NCBI GenBank assembly: GCA_964035545.1
Contig: OZ037770.1
Span: 4,744,662 to 4,808,661 of the forward strand
Direction: 5' to 3'
Length of the DNA: 64,000 nucleotides
From: Bugula neritina
Lineage: Eukaryota > Animalia > Bryozoa
Below the pieces are notes generated by a model. That model searched no databases. It was not told the DNA's origin and saw only the letters and a list, made by a program, of their open reading frames with translations. Below, piece after piece: positions 23,808 to 35,698 of the stretch; the first letter of the stretch is position 1; the number at the start of each line of letters is the position of its first letter. Made by a program: the position numbers and the translations under genes.

Positions 23808-25871
23808 CTGAAACGAAAAACATCATAGCAAATAGCTGTGGAGATGCTGGATTACTTATTGTTTATGTGTACCCTTAATATAGCTATAGGTAGTCCACCA
23901 GTATGTCTCACATGTTAGTTGAAACATCTCTTTACATGGATAAGTCCATACTATACAGTGTGATAACATTGTATTGGCCATGCCCATTCCCTTATATTAT
24001 CAATATGCAGTCAGCTACATACTATGACCTTGTTACATAATAGAATACAAGTATGTCAGGCATCATACCAACTAAGCAACAGGAAGTAACAAGAGAGGAC
24101 AACATCAAATTGAATCGAAATCAATGTCAACATCCAATATTCCTCTAAAAAGATGGAATTAAACTAAATTGTGCGCTTTTATTTTCACGACTTTCAATCA
24201 AAAATTTGATTTTGTCGACTTGAAAATTTCACCGAGTTGAATTGCATTGGAAAAGCCACTCATCAAATCCTTTCACTTGCGACAACTTAATTAGCCGAAT
24301 TTAGAATAACAATCAGTGGGGAAGATAACTCCTTGTAGAAATCGATATTCAATGATGACTTCAGAGACTGGATGACATACTTATAGTATGTTTATAATTA
24401 TATTGGCTAAGTTTTCTCAATTATTGCATTAATGATGTCAACTTGACAAATTCACTACAGTTTCAAATGGCATCAACTAACTAACTTAGAAAGGGAGTTT
24501 CCACATCAATATGATTTCAATGGGTTTCAGTTTTTAACTATAAAGGGGTACTCAGCCGAGTGAAATTGACTGAAACTCAGTAATTTAATATATTAAAAAA
24601 ATTAAAGAACTTAGGCTATCTCCATTTCTCTACTACTGCTCCTAAATGCTTTATAAGTTTAGGTTTAGAAGTAAAAGGTTAAGTCCTTCAAAGAAAGTGA
24701 CTTATTTAACTATACGACTTATTAGAACACAGGTTATTCTGAATTTCCAAATGACTGCCCCTACTTTGAGATGAAATCCCAGGTACTGGTCACCTTAGCC
24801 TACTTTTCAAACATGTCTCACTACAAGAGGGGGCCCAGGTAAGAGCCCAGAGTGAAACTGATAAACTGAGTTGTGGGAAACAAGGAAGTTTCATTCTCTC
24901 AGACTGGGAGCGTAGCAGCTCAAACTCACATGAAAACCGACTAATAGAAAACCAGAACTCAAAGAGTATTAGCCTGTGAATGTACCTGAGTGTAATTTAC
25001 TGGGTTGGAGCTAAGGCTAACAAATATATTCCAACTACAAACAATTATTGCTGAAACCACTGAAGTGATGCTACAGCATAGAAAGTGTAATCAACTATGT
25101 GAAATATCAACAGAGAAATAATACATCGTAATTAAATTTAAATAAGTTTGTGCCATCCACTACTTTTACTGTCATTACAGAGCTTGGTAACCTTGCATTA
25201 ACAAATAAATAGCGTATTATGTACGTTTTATCTATATTGTTCTCCACTAGAAAAGATAAAAACCTATGACTTAAGCATAGAATTCTTTTAAGAGAAAACA
25301 AGAGTCAATATCTGGTTAGTATCAAGGAAACAAGGACTATGATATTGTAGACTTTTGTTTAGTGGTTTGTGCAGTGCTACATGATAGAATGAATAATTAG
25401 TCCATGATAGTGTTACTTTAGTACTTATATAAAGGCTACTAGCATTGGGAGTGATCAGTCAGTGAGCGACTCAGATACTCAGTGAGTGAGTTTATTAAAT
25501 AGTAATTCAAACAACCTGCAGGACCCATTCACTGATTAAACTAATGGATATCCAAGCCAGTTAATGAATTACAGAGTGAATATACAAATATCTCATTTAA
25601 ATCAAAACTCAAATCAGTGTAGGCCTGTCAGAACAAGTCAACAAGTGAAAACCTCACAGCTAGAAATCTACAGAATAATTCTGAAGGGCATAAAATGTCT
25701 CACTGTGAGAGGAAAGTAACAGGAAATGAAATAAACTCATGTCACGGAATATCAATATAATGCACTTTCCTTTGCAAGGGAAATGAAGCCCTGACTTTGA
25801 TATTCATAAAAGCAACATTTCTAACATAAATACAATGAGTATACAAGAGTGTAAAGATACAAATATTTTAC

Positions 25872-26028
25872 CTCCTGAAACAAAAGAGACAGGTGAGCAG
25901 CACTACCACAATGATAATAACACACAGTGCTACAGTCAGTCCAGTGATTATCATATCCCTCTGAGTTAGACCTCCATCACTACCTCCTCCTTTGTCAGTT
26001 GTTGATGACATAACTACATCTGGAAACA
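25872..26028 (-). CDS. Candidate exon encoding a transmembrane helix of an unidentified single-pass membrane protein
   Basis: ttctgtttgcag| FPDVVMSSTTDKGGGSDGGLTQRD-MIITGLTVALCVIIIVVVLLTCLFCF-R AG|gtaaaa; ends in phase 2. Confidence 0.6.
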
Positions 26029-26442
26029 CTGCAAACAGAAATATCAAAATACTGTAAGTTCCGTGGAATCATTCAGATATATATAAGAAAACCATATGGG
26101 CAAACCACTAATCAATTGTTGATAATTATTAATAACCAATCACTGCCAACTATGAGTATTAAATTTCATGCTAATCATTAAATGGAATAGGAGCATCAAA
26201 TATGCACAGTGCTCCCCCATATCTCACAAAATCTCACAGGTCAGGAGAAGAGCTTGGACTCTCACCAAATGTATGAGTTCTGTTCAGTGATAACTAGTAA
26301 GTATCATCTGGGGGTGAGTCAACCCAACCAGTCTGACCAGCTGGTTGATAATAGAAATAATCTTCATTGAAAAAATGAGCCCATTCTCTGTCTAATAAGA
26401 GTTATGTCTTGTGTAAATAACTGCTGATTGGCTGGTTTGAAG

Positions 26443-26569
26443 TCACATGAACGATGATGTCTCGTGTTTCCGAATTATCTCGGAGAGACACTCGTTTGTG
26501 ATGTTGTGCCACATGATATTCTGATTTCCTCCTGGGCGCCTTCGTACCTTTTTCTTGTGGTCCCGATAT
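26443..26569 (-). CDS. Candidate terminal exon encoding a basic juxtamembrane/cytoplasmic tail
   Basis: ttgtag|A then YRDHKKKVRRRPGGNQNIMWHNITNECLSEIIRKHETSSFM*; begins in phase 2; GC-richer than its flanks. Confidence 0.45.
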
Positions 26570-27156
26570 CTACAATTACAAGAGTTATTTCCTCTGTATA
26601 TGCTTAATTCAGAAGCACTACCTTTTGAGTTTACATTCACTACTTAATTTTTAATTTTCTACAATGCATTAGGCTCAGTATATATGCATCCAATTATGTT
26701 AGCAAAAAAAGCTTGATTTATAAATCCCCATTAAAAGTAAAGGCTAGTTACAGAAAATTATTTTAAAATTTATTCTATTTCTACAACTTATTATTGCAAC
26801 ATCTAACTTAATTTGAATAACAACTTGTTTTAGAGCTTCCATTTTCAAAGCAACAGAAATTCAGAATATTGTTTTGAGATACCTACAGAATTAGTTTATC
26901 TATCAATTTATTCACTAGAACATATTAAATACAAAATCACAATCAGCAGAGCTAATCACAGCCAATAGCATAGTATGCTTTATAACACTGACTATGTTTT
27001 CAACAGTAGCAGAAGATACTTATATTGATATTTACAATGAGAAAAAATTTAAATCATGCGCTAAAAATCAAAAGACCAGGCTAGACCTAACTATCACTTG
27101 TAGTCAATTATTACAATTATAATGATAATTATGTTAATGCTACAATTCAAGCAGTT

Positions 27157-27640
27157 TATTATTATTATTGGTTGTATCACAGCTTTTAGCTGGTGTAACC
27201 TTCTACCATCGGCCTAGTTCCACTAGGCTGGGATGGATAGAACTTTCCTCAAGATGTGAGCTGATCCTAGTAAGGCTGTCTGCTGAATCAGTGGGTACTT
27301 GTTTTCAGCTACTCCAAGTAGTGCCATCCAGTCTACAGTCATGTGTGAAGCTCCAAGGGCTCCAATTACAATGGGGATGACTTTTGTTGATGTTTTCCAA
27401 AGGCGGGTTAACTCTAGTGCTAAATCCTGATATTTTCCTATCTTCTCTGATTCTTTTTCTTTTACTCTGTAATCACCAGGAACTGCGATATCGATGATTG
27501 TTGTTTCAGCATTACGCTTATCAACTACTACTATATCAGGCCTCCTAGCTTCGATGACTCTGTCGGTGTGTATGTTGAAGTCCCACAATATTTTTACATT
27601 GTCATTCTCCAGTGCTGATTCCGCTCGGTGGTCGTACCAA
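27157..27640 (-). mobile_element. 5'-truncated R4/Dong-clade non-LTR retrotransposon (restriction-like endonuclease C-terminus plus 3' UTR)
   Basis: KILWDFNIHTDRVIEARRPDIVVVDK...IIDIAVP...KEKESEKIGKYQDL...VIPIVIGALG is a PD-(D/E)xK-type RLE. Flanked on both sides by (TAA)n, the known Dong target. Confidence 0.88.
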
Positions 27641-27753
27641 TTTATTATTATTATTATTATTATCATACTAATACTCATTATAATAATCAACTATAAAGAA
27701 AGGTATAGTCATAGGGATTGTAACACTAACAGTCATACTCATACTCCTAATAA

Positions 27754-28090
27754 CAATGGCAATGATATTCATATTAAATTTGATAAGATACAATCAATAC
27801 ATAACTTTGTGAACACTAAAAATTAATAGTAAGAGAGAATAATTTAAACTTCAAATTATGTATAACAATTAACATGAAAACTTACTGATACTAAAACTAA
27901 TACTAATATTATAATCATAATGGCAATAATGGCAATGATATTCATATTAAATTTGATAAGATACATAACTTTGTGAACACTAAAAATTAATAGTAAGAGA
28001 GAATAATTTAAACTTCAAATTATATATAACAATTAACATGAAAACTTACTGATACTAAAACTAATACTAATATTATAATCATAATGATAA
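27754..28090. repeat. Tandem duplication of an ~170-bp AT-rich unit
   Basis: aatggcaatgatattcatattaaatttgataagatac...ctaatattataatcataatg occurs twice head-to-tail, differing mainly by a small indel. Confidence 0.85.
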
Positions 28091-29217
28091 TCATAATACC
28101 AATATTATTAGGAAAGTCATTATTAATTTGGAGATCATTATTGATTATTCAATATGAATATGAATATCACTATGACCACCGGAATACGTTGACAATCACA
28201 GTGACACGTAATTTTGAAAAGCAAAATGAATGTGTTGTCAAATTCAAACTCAATCAGTCAATGTGTTTTAGTATGAGTTTCATTCCTAGTTCTACTTTAC
28301 TCTTAGTATTAGTAACTTTAAAACTAAAAGAGAGTGAGTTCAGGAACAAATAACGCGTAATAATGACACATAATTATTAAATTATGTGTTATTATATTTA
28401 TTACGCGTTATTTCATATTTGTTACTATTAGTATTACTATTATGATAATAGTAATAGTAATACCATTGGCAATAGTGAGTAACACTAGTAATAGTAATAC
28501 TAAGAGTAGGAGTGTAGTACAACTACTACTAGTACTAGACCTAGTAGTAGTACTAGGTTTAGTGGTACTAGTGTAGTAATTTGTGCAATTACCGAGCGTG
28601 AGTTATTTACTTGCGTATAGTTAGCTGGTTATTCTGTTATCAATTACTAGGGTAGCTGTCGAGTAATTATATTTATTATCCACAATAAAGCATAAACCAA
28701 ACATCACATCAAATTATCCTATACAAGAGTCAACTACTAACACATGTTACTACTCCAAGCCTCCGCTTACAACAACGTGATATAATGTTAATAACCCGGG
28801 AAGTGTCACGTGAATCGGAAGCATATCTTCCGGAGCTGCTAATTGGTTGCTACATAAGAGTCTAAGTATTCCAAGAGTAGGGAGAAGGCGATTCCCGTGT
28901 TTGTACTTTGCACTACTCACTACACCGTCCCCCCCAGCAGAAAGCCCTACTTTCTGATAACACAATAAAAAAAACACATAATGAAAAACTATACAATAAT
29001 CCAAAAAGAAAAACATACATAAGTAAACCCACAAAGAGTAAGAAAAGAAATAGTTAAACACGACAACATTTACATTAGAAGACAACAGGGTGATCGATCA
29101 CACACATCTAGTCAGCTATTAAGAGAGAGGGTGCTTACCAGCACGCGGGCCAATGTCGGAGCGCTCGTCACATTCCAAACGAGTATCGCTCAACGAAGGT
29201 GCCTACCCCAGGCATTC

Positions 29218-30054
29218 TCATTGGTTGGACTCTGATTCTTGTAGCGACCGTGCTCTGTGTCGAGCCTGTCGGGCCCGTAGCCGCCTCTTCAGTCGTCCCA
29301 CTGAGTCCTTCAACTGGTATAGACCTGTCGTCGTATCCAGCAGGTCAGGGGCAAGTTGTGTGAACTCGGCTTGTAGTCTTATAAGCCGCTCTTCTACGTT
29401 AGCCAGCTGGCTAGGCCTTGGTGGGGTTGTAGTGGTCTCCGTTAGAGGGGATATTGTTGTTTCTTCTACTTCTGGGGTGTTGCTGGGGTTGACGGGGGTA
29501 GGAGGTGGGCCCTGAACCATAGGGGACTTATGGCGGGCGGATAGTAGCAGTACGTGAAACCCTGACGTTAGTGCGGCCAGGGTGATAGCCTTCCTGATGA
29601 CTGGCTTGATGGCATCCAGGTATAGGGGGAAACTGTCTTCATCAACAGTGTGGTTCTCTCCGGCGAAGCAGCTTAGCTTATGTACTGTCACGGGATACGG
29701 GTAGACGTCGTGGAACCCGCAGGGACAGAAGTGGAGTAGGAAATGGGCGTCTACATGTAAACGCAGGGAGCGGTGTGATGGGCACTCCTCAAAGCAGACC
29801 TGGCAGGTTCGGTGTGGTCCACTGGTCCTATGTTGGTATCTCCTTGCGGAGCCCCTCCCACGGGGGGTTTTTGCACTTCCGGACCTGTTTCTGGTTCCGG
29901 AAGTGGTGATGATGGCAGGCTTGACGTTGGGGGCGGTGAGCGCACTTTCAAGGACGGAAGTGGCCTTTCTCGCCTCGCCAAGTCTTCCTGACGTGTCATG
30001 GAGGTGTTTCCGGCCAGGTTGACAGTCTCCGCCTGCCGAGACCTTCTCGCACAA
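29218..30054 (-). CDS. Accessory ORF of element 3: C2H2-like zinc fingers plus C-terminal coiled coil
   Basis: CQVCFEECPSHRSLRLHVDAH-FLLHF-CPCGFHDVYPYPVTVHKLSC and LANVEERLIRLQAEF...LYQLKDSVGRLKRRL. Homology to elements 4 and 5 starts near 29820. No upstream ATG, so the start is uncertain. Confidence 0.75.
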   Translation of the reverse strand: MCEKVSAGGDCQPGRKHLHDTSGRLGEARKATSVLESALTAPNVKPAIITTSGTRNRSGSAKTPRGRGSARRYQHRTSGPHRTCQVCFEECPSHRSLRLHVDAHFLLHFCPCGFHDVYPYPVTVHKLSCFAGENHTVDEDSFPLYLDAIKPVIRKAITLAALTSGFHVLLLSARHKSPMVQGPPPTPVNPSNTPEVEETTISPLTETTTTPPRPSQLANVEERLIRLQAEFTQLAPDLLDTTTGLYQLKDSVGRLKRRLRARQARHRARSLQESESNQ

Positions 30055-31904
30055 TGCGTCTGCCGCCCCGCTTCACCAGGGAGACGGCTATGCTTGTTGG
30101 TCTGGCAGACTTTGCACCGTCTCACTCTGCGTCGGATATCCCGTTCCATGTTAGGCCAGTACCACCGGAGTTGTAGCTTGGTGACCACCCCTTGGACTCC
30201 TCCGTGAGTCTCCTCGTGGGTGTCTTGTATCAACTTCCGGCGGATGGCAACTGGGCAGACAACCCTCTTCCTGGCTGGCTGTCTGCTGTTGGCGGCCAAG
30301 GTCATGGTTAGCAGACCATCTGGCCCGACCCGCAGAGAGCTCCAACGTTGACAGTACAGCCGTAACTCGGCGCATCCCTGTCGCCGTTGTGTACTACTGG
30401 GTCGTCGCCCCTCCTGTTTCGCTCGGTACACGTCGGCTACCACCCCAGGAAGGCATTCCTGGAGCTTCGGCAGCTCCCTAACGTTACCAGCCCATACAGG
30501 TTTGGCGCGGAGGCTCTGGGCAGCCTCCGGGGGCGTGTCAGCCCTCTGTTGGAGTAGCTGAGCAGGGGCGGTCCTCGCCGCCCGTGGTATCTCACGGTAG
30601 CCTGCTCTATTTAGGCGGGCTCCGTGGTCTGTGTGGCTGAACGCCTCACTGTACCCATGTGGCAACCTAGCCATAGCCTGGCGCTTCCCGTTGCCTGTGC
30701 AGCCACGCGTCCCTGGAGGAGGGGAGGCGTGGGTTGGGACGATCCTCCGCCCTCGAGACGGGCTCTGCTGAGGACCTTCCGTCAGAGCTCCCGACGACGG
30801 CCCAATGGCTTCCTCCTGGACAGGATGGAAGCGACCCAGCATGGATCTGGGTGGTAGGTCTACTGTCTCTGAGAAGGGGTTGACACACTGCACTGAGATC
30901 TCTCCTTGCCCCGTGAGCCGGCTAAAACTACGGGCAAGTTGGACTCTCGAGTGCGTACTTTCGACAACTCCCAACTTAGAGGTTTGGCCACCGTCTACCT
31001 TGCAGCGGACGGTAGCCCGGGAGTGGCCTGGTATAGTACAGCTCCGTACTACCTGCACTGCTCCCGCTAGAGGACGACCAAACTTATTGACACAAGCGAT
31101 CTCCTTGTCGCCCATGATCATCGCAGATTTACTGAAATCGATGCGACAACCGTGTCGTTGTAAGAATGGCATCCCGAGGATAGCATCCTCGTTGAGCTGC
31201 CCGACGATAAACGTCTCCTGGATGGCCTGGTTACGGACGTAACCAGTTAGCTCAATAATGCCGTAGAAGGGAATGCACGACCCGTCTGCCAGGGTGCCAT
31301 GATCCCCCTCATACGGTGCCAACCCGTCCTTGACCTTAGCGCTGAGGGTGTCAAAGAACTGACGGCTAAGGAGGTTGGTGGTGCAGCCGGAGTCCAGGAG
31401 GAAGTTGGCAGGCTTGCCGGCTAGCTTCCCTGGTAGGAAGTAGCTACTTCCGTGCGGCTGCAATTGTGTGTGCCGTGGTTGCACCTCCCTCGCTGTGGGT
31501 CGAGGGGTCCACGGTCGGCGGCGACTATTGACCAGCTGCCGAGGTTGGGGCGATACGCCTTGCGGCGCCTGTACCGTTTCCCTCGCAGGCTCTGTGGTCA
31601 ACCGTCTGCCGGCTCCGTGTTGGTGCCGGAGTGGCGTAGAGGACCCAGGCGGCGAGTGGCTTGAGCCTATTTGCCGCGGGGGTCGCCACTTCACAGCATC
31701 TCCGCGCGGCGCCCAGCGGGGCGACAGACGCGCGGGCCTCCCTGGGTGATTCACAGACGGCCCGCAGGAGGTGGGAACATCTGCGGGCCGGGGTAGTTTA
31801 ACCCTGGTGGGAGCTGAGGGCAGTTTCTCTGGAAATGTCCTGGTCTTCCGCATTCCCAGCAGAAGTGGTGCCCCATGCCTGGTGATTGTACCTGCGGCCC
31901 GCAA
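29751..31904 (-). CDS. Internally deleted Pol of element 3 (protease, linker, integrase Zn-binding domain, Pro-rich tail), in the -1 frame relative to gag
   Basis: FLLDSGCTTNLLS protease; THEETH...RWYWPNM...CKVC HHCC domain; no YxDD, RNase H or DDE core. The frame stays open across both deletions. Confidence 0.85.
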   Translation of the reverse strand: MRAAGTITRHGAPLLLGMRKTRTFPEKLPSAPTRVKLPRPADVPTSCGPSVNHPGRPARLSPRWAPRGDAVKWRPPRQIGSSHSPPGSSTPLRHQHGAGRRLTTEPARETVQAPQGVSPQPRQLVNSRRRPWTPRPTAREVQPRHTQLQPHGSSYFLPGKLAGKPANFLLDSGCTTNLLSRQFFDTLSAKVKDGLAPYEGDHGTLADGSCIPFYGIIELTGYVRNQAIQETFIVGQLNEDAILGMPFLQRHGCRIDFSKSAMIMGDKEIACVNKFGRPLAGAVQVVRSCTIPGHSRATVRCKVDGGQTSKLGVVESTHSRVQLARSFSRLTGQGEISVQCVNPFSETVDLPPRSMLGRFHPVQEEAIGPSSGALTEGPQQSPSRGRRIVPTHASPPPGTRGCTGNGKRQAMARLPHGYSEAFSHTDHGARLNRAGYREIPRAARTAPAQLLQQRADTPPEAAQSLRAKPVWAGNVRELPKLQECLPGVVADVYRAKQEGRRPSSTQRRQGCAELRLYCQRWSSLRVGPDGLLTMTLAANSRQPARKRVVCPVAIRRKLIQDTHEETHGGVQGVVTKLQLRWYWPNMERDIRRRVRRCKVCQTNKHSRLPGEAGRQTHCARRSRQAETVNLAGNTSMTRQEDLARRERPLPSLKVRSPPPTSSLPSSPLPEPETGPEVQKPPVGGAPQGDTNIGPVDHTEPARSALRSAHHTAPCVYM

Positions 31905-32702
31905 GGCTCACGGGCAGTATCTACCTGGCTTGGGGAAGCTAATGTGGTGACCAGTTTATCTAGCATGTCAGTCATCTGTGAGATTTTTGACGCTAGTGAC
32001 ATCTGGTTCCCATTAGCCACCGCGGAGGGTTCCGCGTTTAGTTCGGTGTGAGCAGTAGAGTGCTCCGTGGTCACCTGGCGGGAGGCCACGCGGTTGCGGT
32101 GCATATGAGTCGCCAAGAGGTAGGCTTCTCCCACCGCAAGTGCATCTTTGACTGTGGTGACTCCCCTCGCTTGGAGTTGATGGTGGAGCCCCAAGTCGTT
32201 GATGGACTGCACGAAGGCATCATAGGTATACCTCTCACGGTGTACCGGAGGCAGATCGCGGAATGCGATCTGTGCTAATGGGTATACCGTGGCAGCATGC
32301 TCTTCTAGTGACGTGTGAGGATCACGCCGCATCCTCTGTAGACGGGCCCGCGCATCTATGGGAGAGATGCCAAAACGGGCCCGCAGGGAAGCAAAGATTC
32401 CGTCTATGTCAGGTCCCGCTCCGTACGGCTTAGCTTTGCCCGTCAGCGCCATCCTGAGCTTGAGCAACGCCACCCTTGGTGGCCACTCCGCAATCTCCAT
32501 CACATCTTGGAATATTTGGATAAACTGCTCCACTGCTTCTTCGCCTGCGAAGGTGGGCGCCTTCATCCGGTATCTGTCTTCACCATGCTCTCTAAGAATT
32601 CTCACTTCTTCATCTAACACCACTGGTTCCACAGGTATATCAACATTATCTCTCTCACCTTCATTCAGTGGAATGGGTAGCTCCGTGCCGTCTTCTGCCA
32701 TG
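31751..32702 (-). CDS. Gag of element 3
   Basis: MAEDGTELP...KAPTFAGEEAVEQFIQIF..., CCHC knuckle CWECGRPGHFQRNC; homologous to the gag at 38969-39874. Confidence 0.9.
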
Positions 32703-33574
32703 ACTGCTATACGCAAGATCCCACCGCTGCCACCACTGTAGTAATTTGTGCAATTACCGAGCGTGAGTTATTTACTTGCGTATAGTTAGCTGGTTATTCT
32801 GTTATCAATTACTAGGGTAGCTGTCGAGTAATTTGATTTATTATCCACAATAAAGCATAAACCAAACATCACATCAAATTATCCTATACAAGAGTCAACT
32901 ACTAACACATGTTACTACTCCAAGCCTCCGCTTACAACAACGTGATATAATGTTAATAACCCGGGAAGTGTCACGTGAATCGGAAGCATATCTTCCGGAG
33001 CTGCTAATTGGTTGCTACATAAGAGTCTAAGTATTCCAAGAGTAGGGAGAAGGCGATTCCCGTGTTTGTACTTTGCACTACTCACTACACTAGTACTACT
33101 AGTACTAGTAGTACTAGTAGTAGTAGTACTACTACTAGTACTAGTAGTACTAGTACTAACTACTAGTAGTACTAGTAGTAGAGTAATGAGTAGTACTACA
33201 TCGAGACTGAGCAGTGAAAACTGATGGTGATATGTACATATTGAAATATAAACTTATCAAAGTGATTAAATTACTTTGGTCAAATATTAATAAAATTATT
33301 AGCAACGCTAACCATTTTTTTTTAACTTTAGAGTGCAACACTAACTCACCCACTGCCACTGTGACACTGACTGGAAGCAGCTACATTCTGTTGCAAAATG
33401 AGAAATGAATTAAATATTGTCGGTTTCAGCGGCTAGAGCGGCAAGAGTCAGCAATCAAAATGTATTGGATGCAGTGGGGGAGGGGGTGGGGTGCTGCTTA
33501 GTACAAAACGATATTTTATGGATTTACTACTACGTCTGAGGCCTATTTCAATAATCGTATTGCTACAATCACTG

Positions 33575-33625
33575 AACTGAAACTATAACTATAGCTATAA
33601 CTATAACTATAACTATAACTTATAG
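33575..33625. repeat. (AACTAT)n hexamer repeat
   Basis: Directly visible; the reverse complement (GTTATA)n recurs at ~46960-47050. Confidence 0.8.
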
Positions 33626-35235
33626 TTCAATGGCTACAATACCATAAAACTAGGTGATCGATGGAAGCACAACTCTTATTTTAACAAACGGCAATTTCGT
33701 GTACGTCGTAAATTACCCTGTTCCCTGTAATCTGAAAATATTATAACAATTTTATTATAGAGAGATCTGAATAATTTATAGACCCAAAAGTTGTAATTTT
33801 TTATTTTTTCAATTATATTTTTTTTTCAAATATTTTTTTTATAATTGTCACTACCCCAATTAGAAAACTTAAAAACTTGTTTTCGAAACAGAGTAGAGAC
33901 GACTCTGAACATAATTGCTATGATACTAGACAGCAGTAGATGCCATCATATGCAATTTGTATAATTTCCCCGATTATATCGAAAAAAACATATTGCAATC
34001 TAAATATTGTTTTTATTATGACCATAAATATTATTAGACGTCAAAATAGAATAATTACGCACTATAATTTAAAAAAACTGTTTGTAGCTGTAGTGCTTTT
34101 ATCACAATAACTTTCTCACATTCAGCTCTTTCCAGCCTTAGTTTATTAGGTTTCAGATGACTCATTCGATGGCGATAGAAATATGGTTACTAGTGGTAAT
34201 CACTAACTTTAAGTCTATAATAGCTATTTTTTATGCTATATTTTACTCTAGAACACAGGCTTTTCTTAATTAATGCACCTACCTTGGCTGAGAATGCCTG
34301 CAGGGGCTGAGGCAAGAGTCAAGAACATTCCTTCAGGACAATGCTACCAAAGAAAAAGGGTTACTAGTTAATCGCTAACTCTAAGTCTAATAGTTATTTA
34401 TTATGCTACATTTTACTCTATAACACAGGCTTTTTTCATTTTCTTAATTACTGCACCTACCTTAGGCGAGCCATAACATGACAATGCTACCAAAATAGAG
34501 AGGTTGGCCCAGATTCCCTACAGAAACCTGGATACAGCCGGCAGATGCTGGCCTTTGAGGCACACTCTTGACAAGTAGATGCTGAAGAGGGAGAGCTGTC
34601 TCGAATACATCAAAGGATCCACCAGTCGCAATCACTGCAGCTGCACCGGCCTCCACAGAAATCTCCATATTGCTAGAATTGGTGCGAGGTCTGCAGGCTG
34701 GAAGGCCAGTGCATCCCATCAGCAAGTCAAGGTGCTGAAAGACTGGTTCAGCATTCTAACTCGGGACCTAAAGCATTGTATGGAGAATTTAGACGACTCT
34801 GATGGCAGTCCCTGCATCTGGAGCAAGAAGTACTGCAGAGGCCGCACTCATTTTTATACACACAAGCATGATGTTGTAATACTGTTAGATTCTATTGGTT
34901 ATCTTTTGTTAATGCAGGTGGCTGGCTATATTATGTAGCCAGGTACTTTCTTTGTCTAGTTTCTTCTCCTGTTATATAATTAGAGGGCCTGATTGTGACC
35001 TTTCTTATTCAGTTGTGTTTTTTAATACCGTGTTTATACTCTAGCGCAAAAAAACAAAAATAGCTTAAATTAAAGATATATATATAGTGTACTAACTTAA
35101 GTAAAATAACCCACATGTTCAAAGGTTTATCAGCCTAACTCAACCCGCACGTAATTCTTGCGTATTACTAAGACGCCAAATTACTACAATATCTCACAAA
35201 AATTTCGATATTTTAGTGAATTTGCTAATTAATAC

Positions 35236-35698
35236 TGTTGTAGTTTTGTGCACTATTCTTTAGGGTGTTATTGCGTGCTCAATAAATACTGCATATCACT
35301 GTGAGGTTATGTGAAGAACCGAACCAGTTGATTATTTAACGAGAGAACTGTATTAGTATTTCAAGTACGCACTTGCAATAAAAAGTCATATATATATATA
35401 TAAGTATAAAAAAGAAAAGAGTACAATTAGTAAAATGTTGCACAAGGTTAACCTGTCTACTTAACTACCATCGTCTAGACTGGTGTAGATACTGGACGGC
35501 ATTGTTTATATATGAGGGGTTGATCTTGATTGGATTAATAAGGTTCTGGTGGCGTCACCATAGAGAGTGATACGGTGCCACACAGGGAAGCGCTATAACT
35601 AGCGGAGTTGTCCTCCTTGAGACAATAGTTGCACCATAATATATTGTAAGTCTGTAGCAGGGGCACTGAAGGGTGTGCTTCCCTAAACCACTGCAACA
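35236..35698. mobile_element. Possible solo LTR
   Basis: Starts TGTTGTAGT and ends ACTGCAACA (8/9 inverted match). The flanks atac and tac are only an imperfect TSD. Confidence 0.4.

Larger units (their letters stand above)
28572..33089 (-). mobile_element. Young non-autonomous Ty3/gypsy element lacking RT, RNase H and the integrase core (element 3)
   Basis: 353-bp LTRs 33089-32737 and 28924-28572 (2 differences seen). 4-bp TSD CTAG at 28568-28571 and 33090-33093. PBS TGGTGGCAGCGGTGGGAT (tRNA-Leu) at 32735-32718. Purine tract before the 3' LTR. Inserted in a TAG/CTA simple-repeat tract. Confidence 0.95.

Noticed and set aside
24733-24838. Possible + strand exon (GYSEFPNDCPYFEMK...KRGP AG|gtaaga)
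   Set aside because: Plausible donor but weak acceptor, no partner exons and no recognisable homology.
34200-34940. GC-richer block with a short local duplication and 87-119-aa ORFs
   Set aside because: No recognisable domain in any frame; probably a decayed repeat or gene fragment that cannot be assigned.
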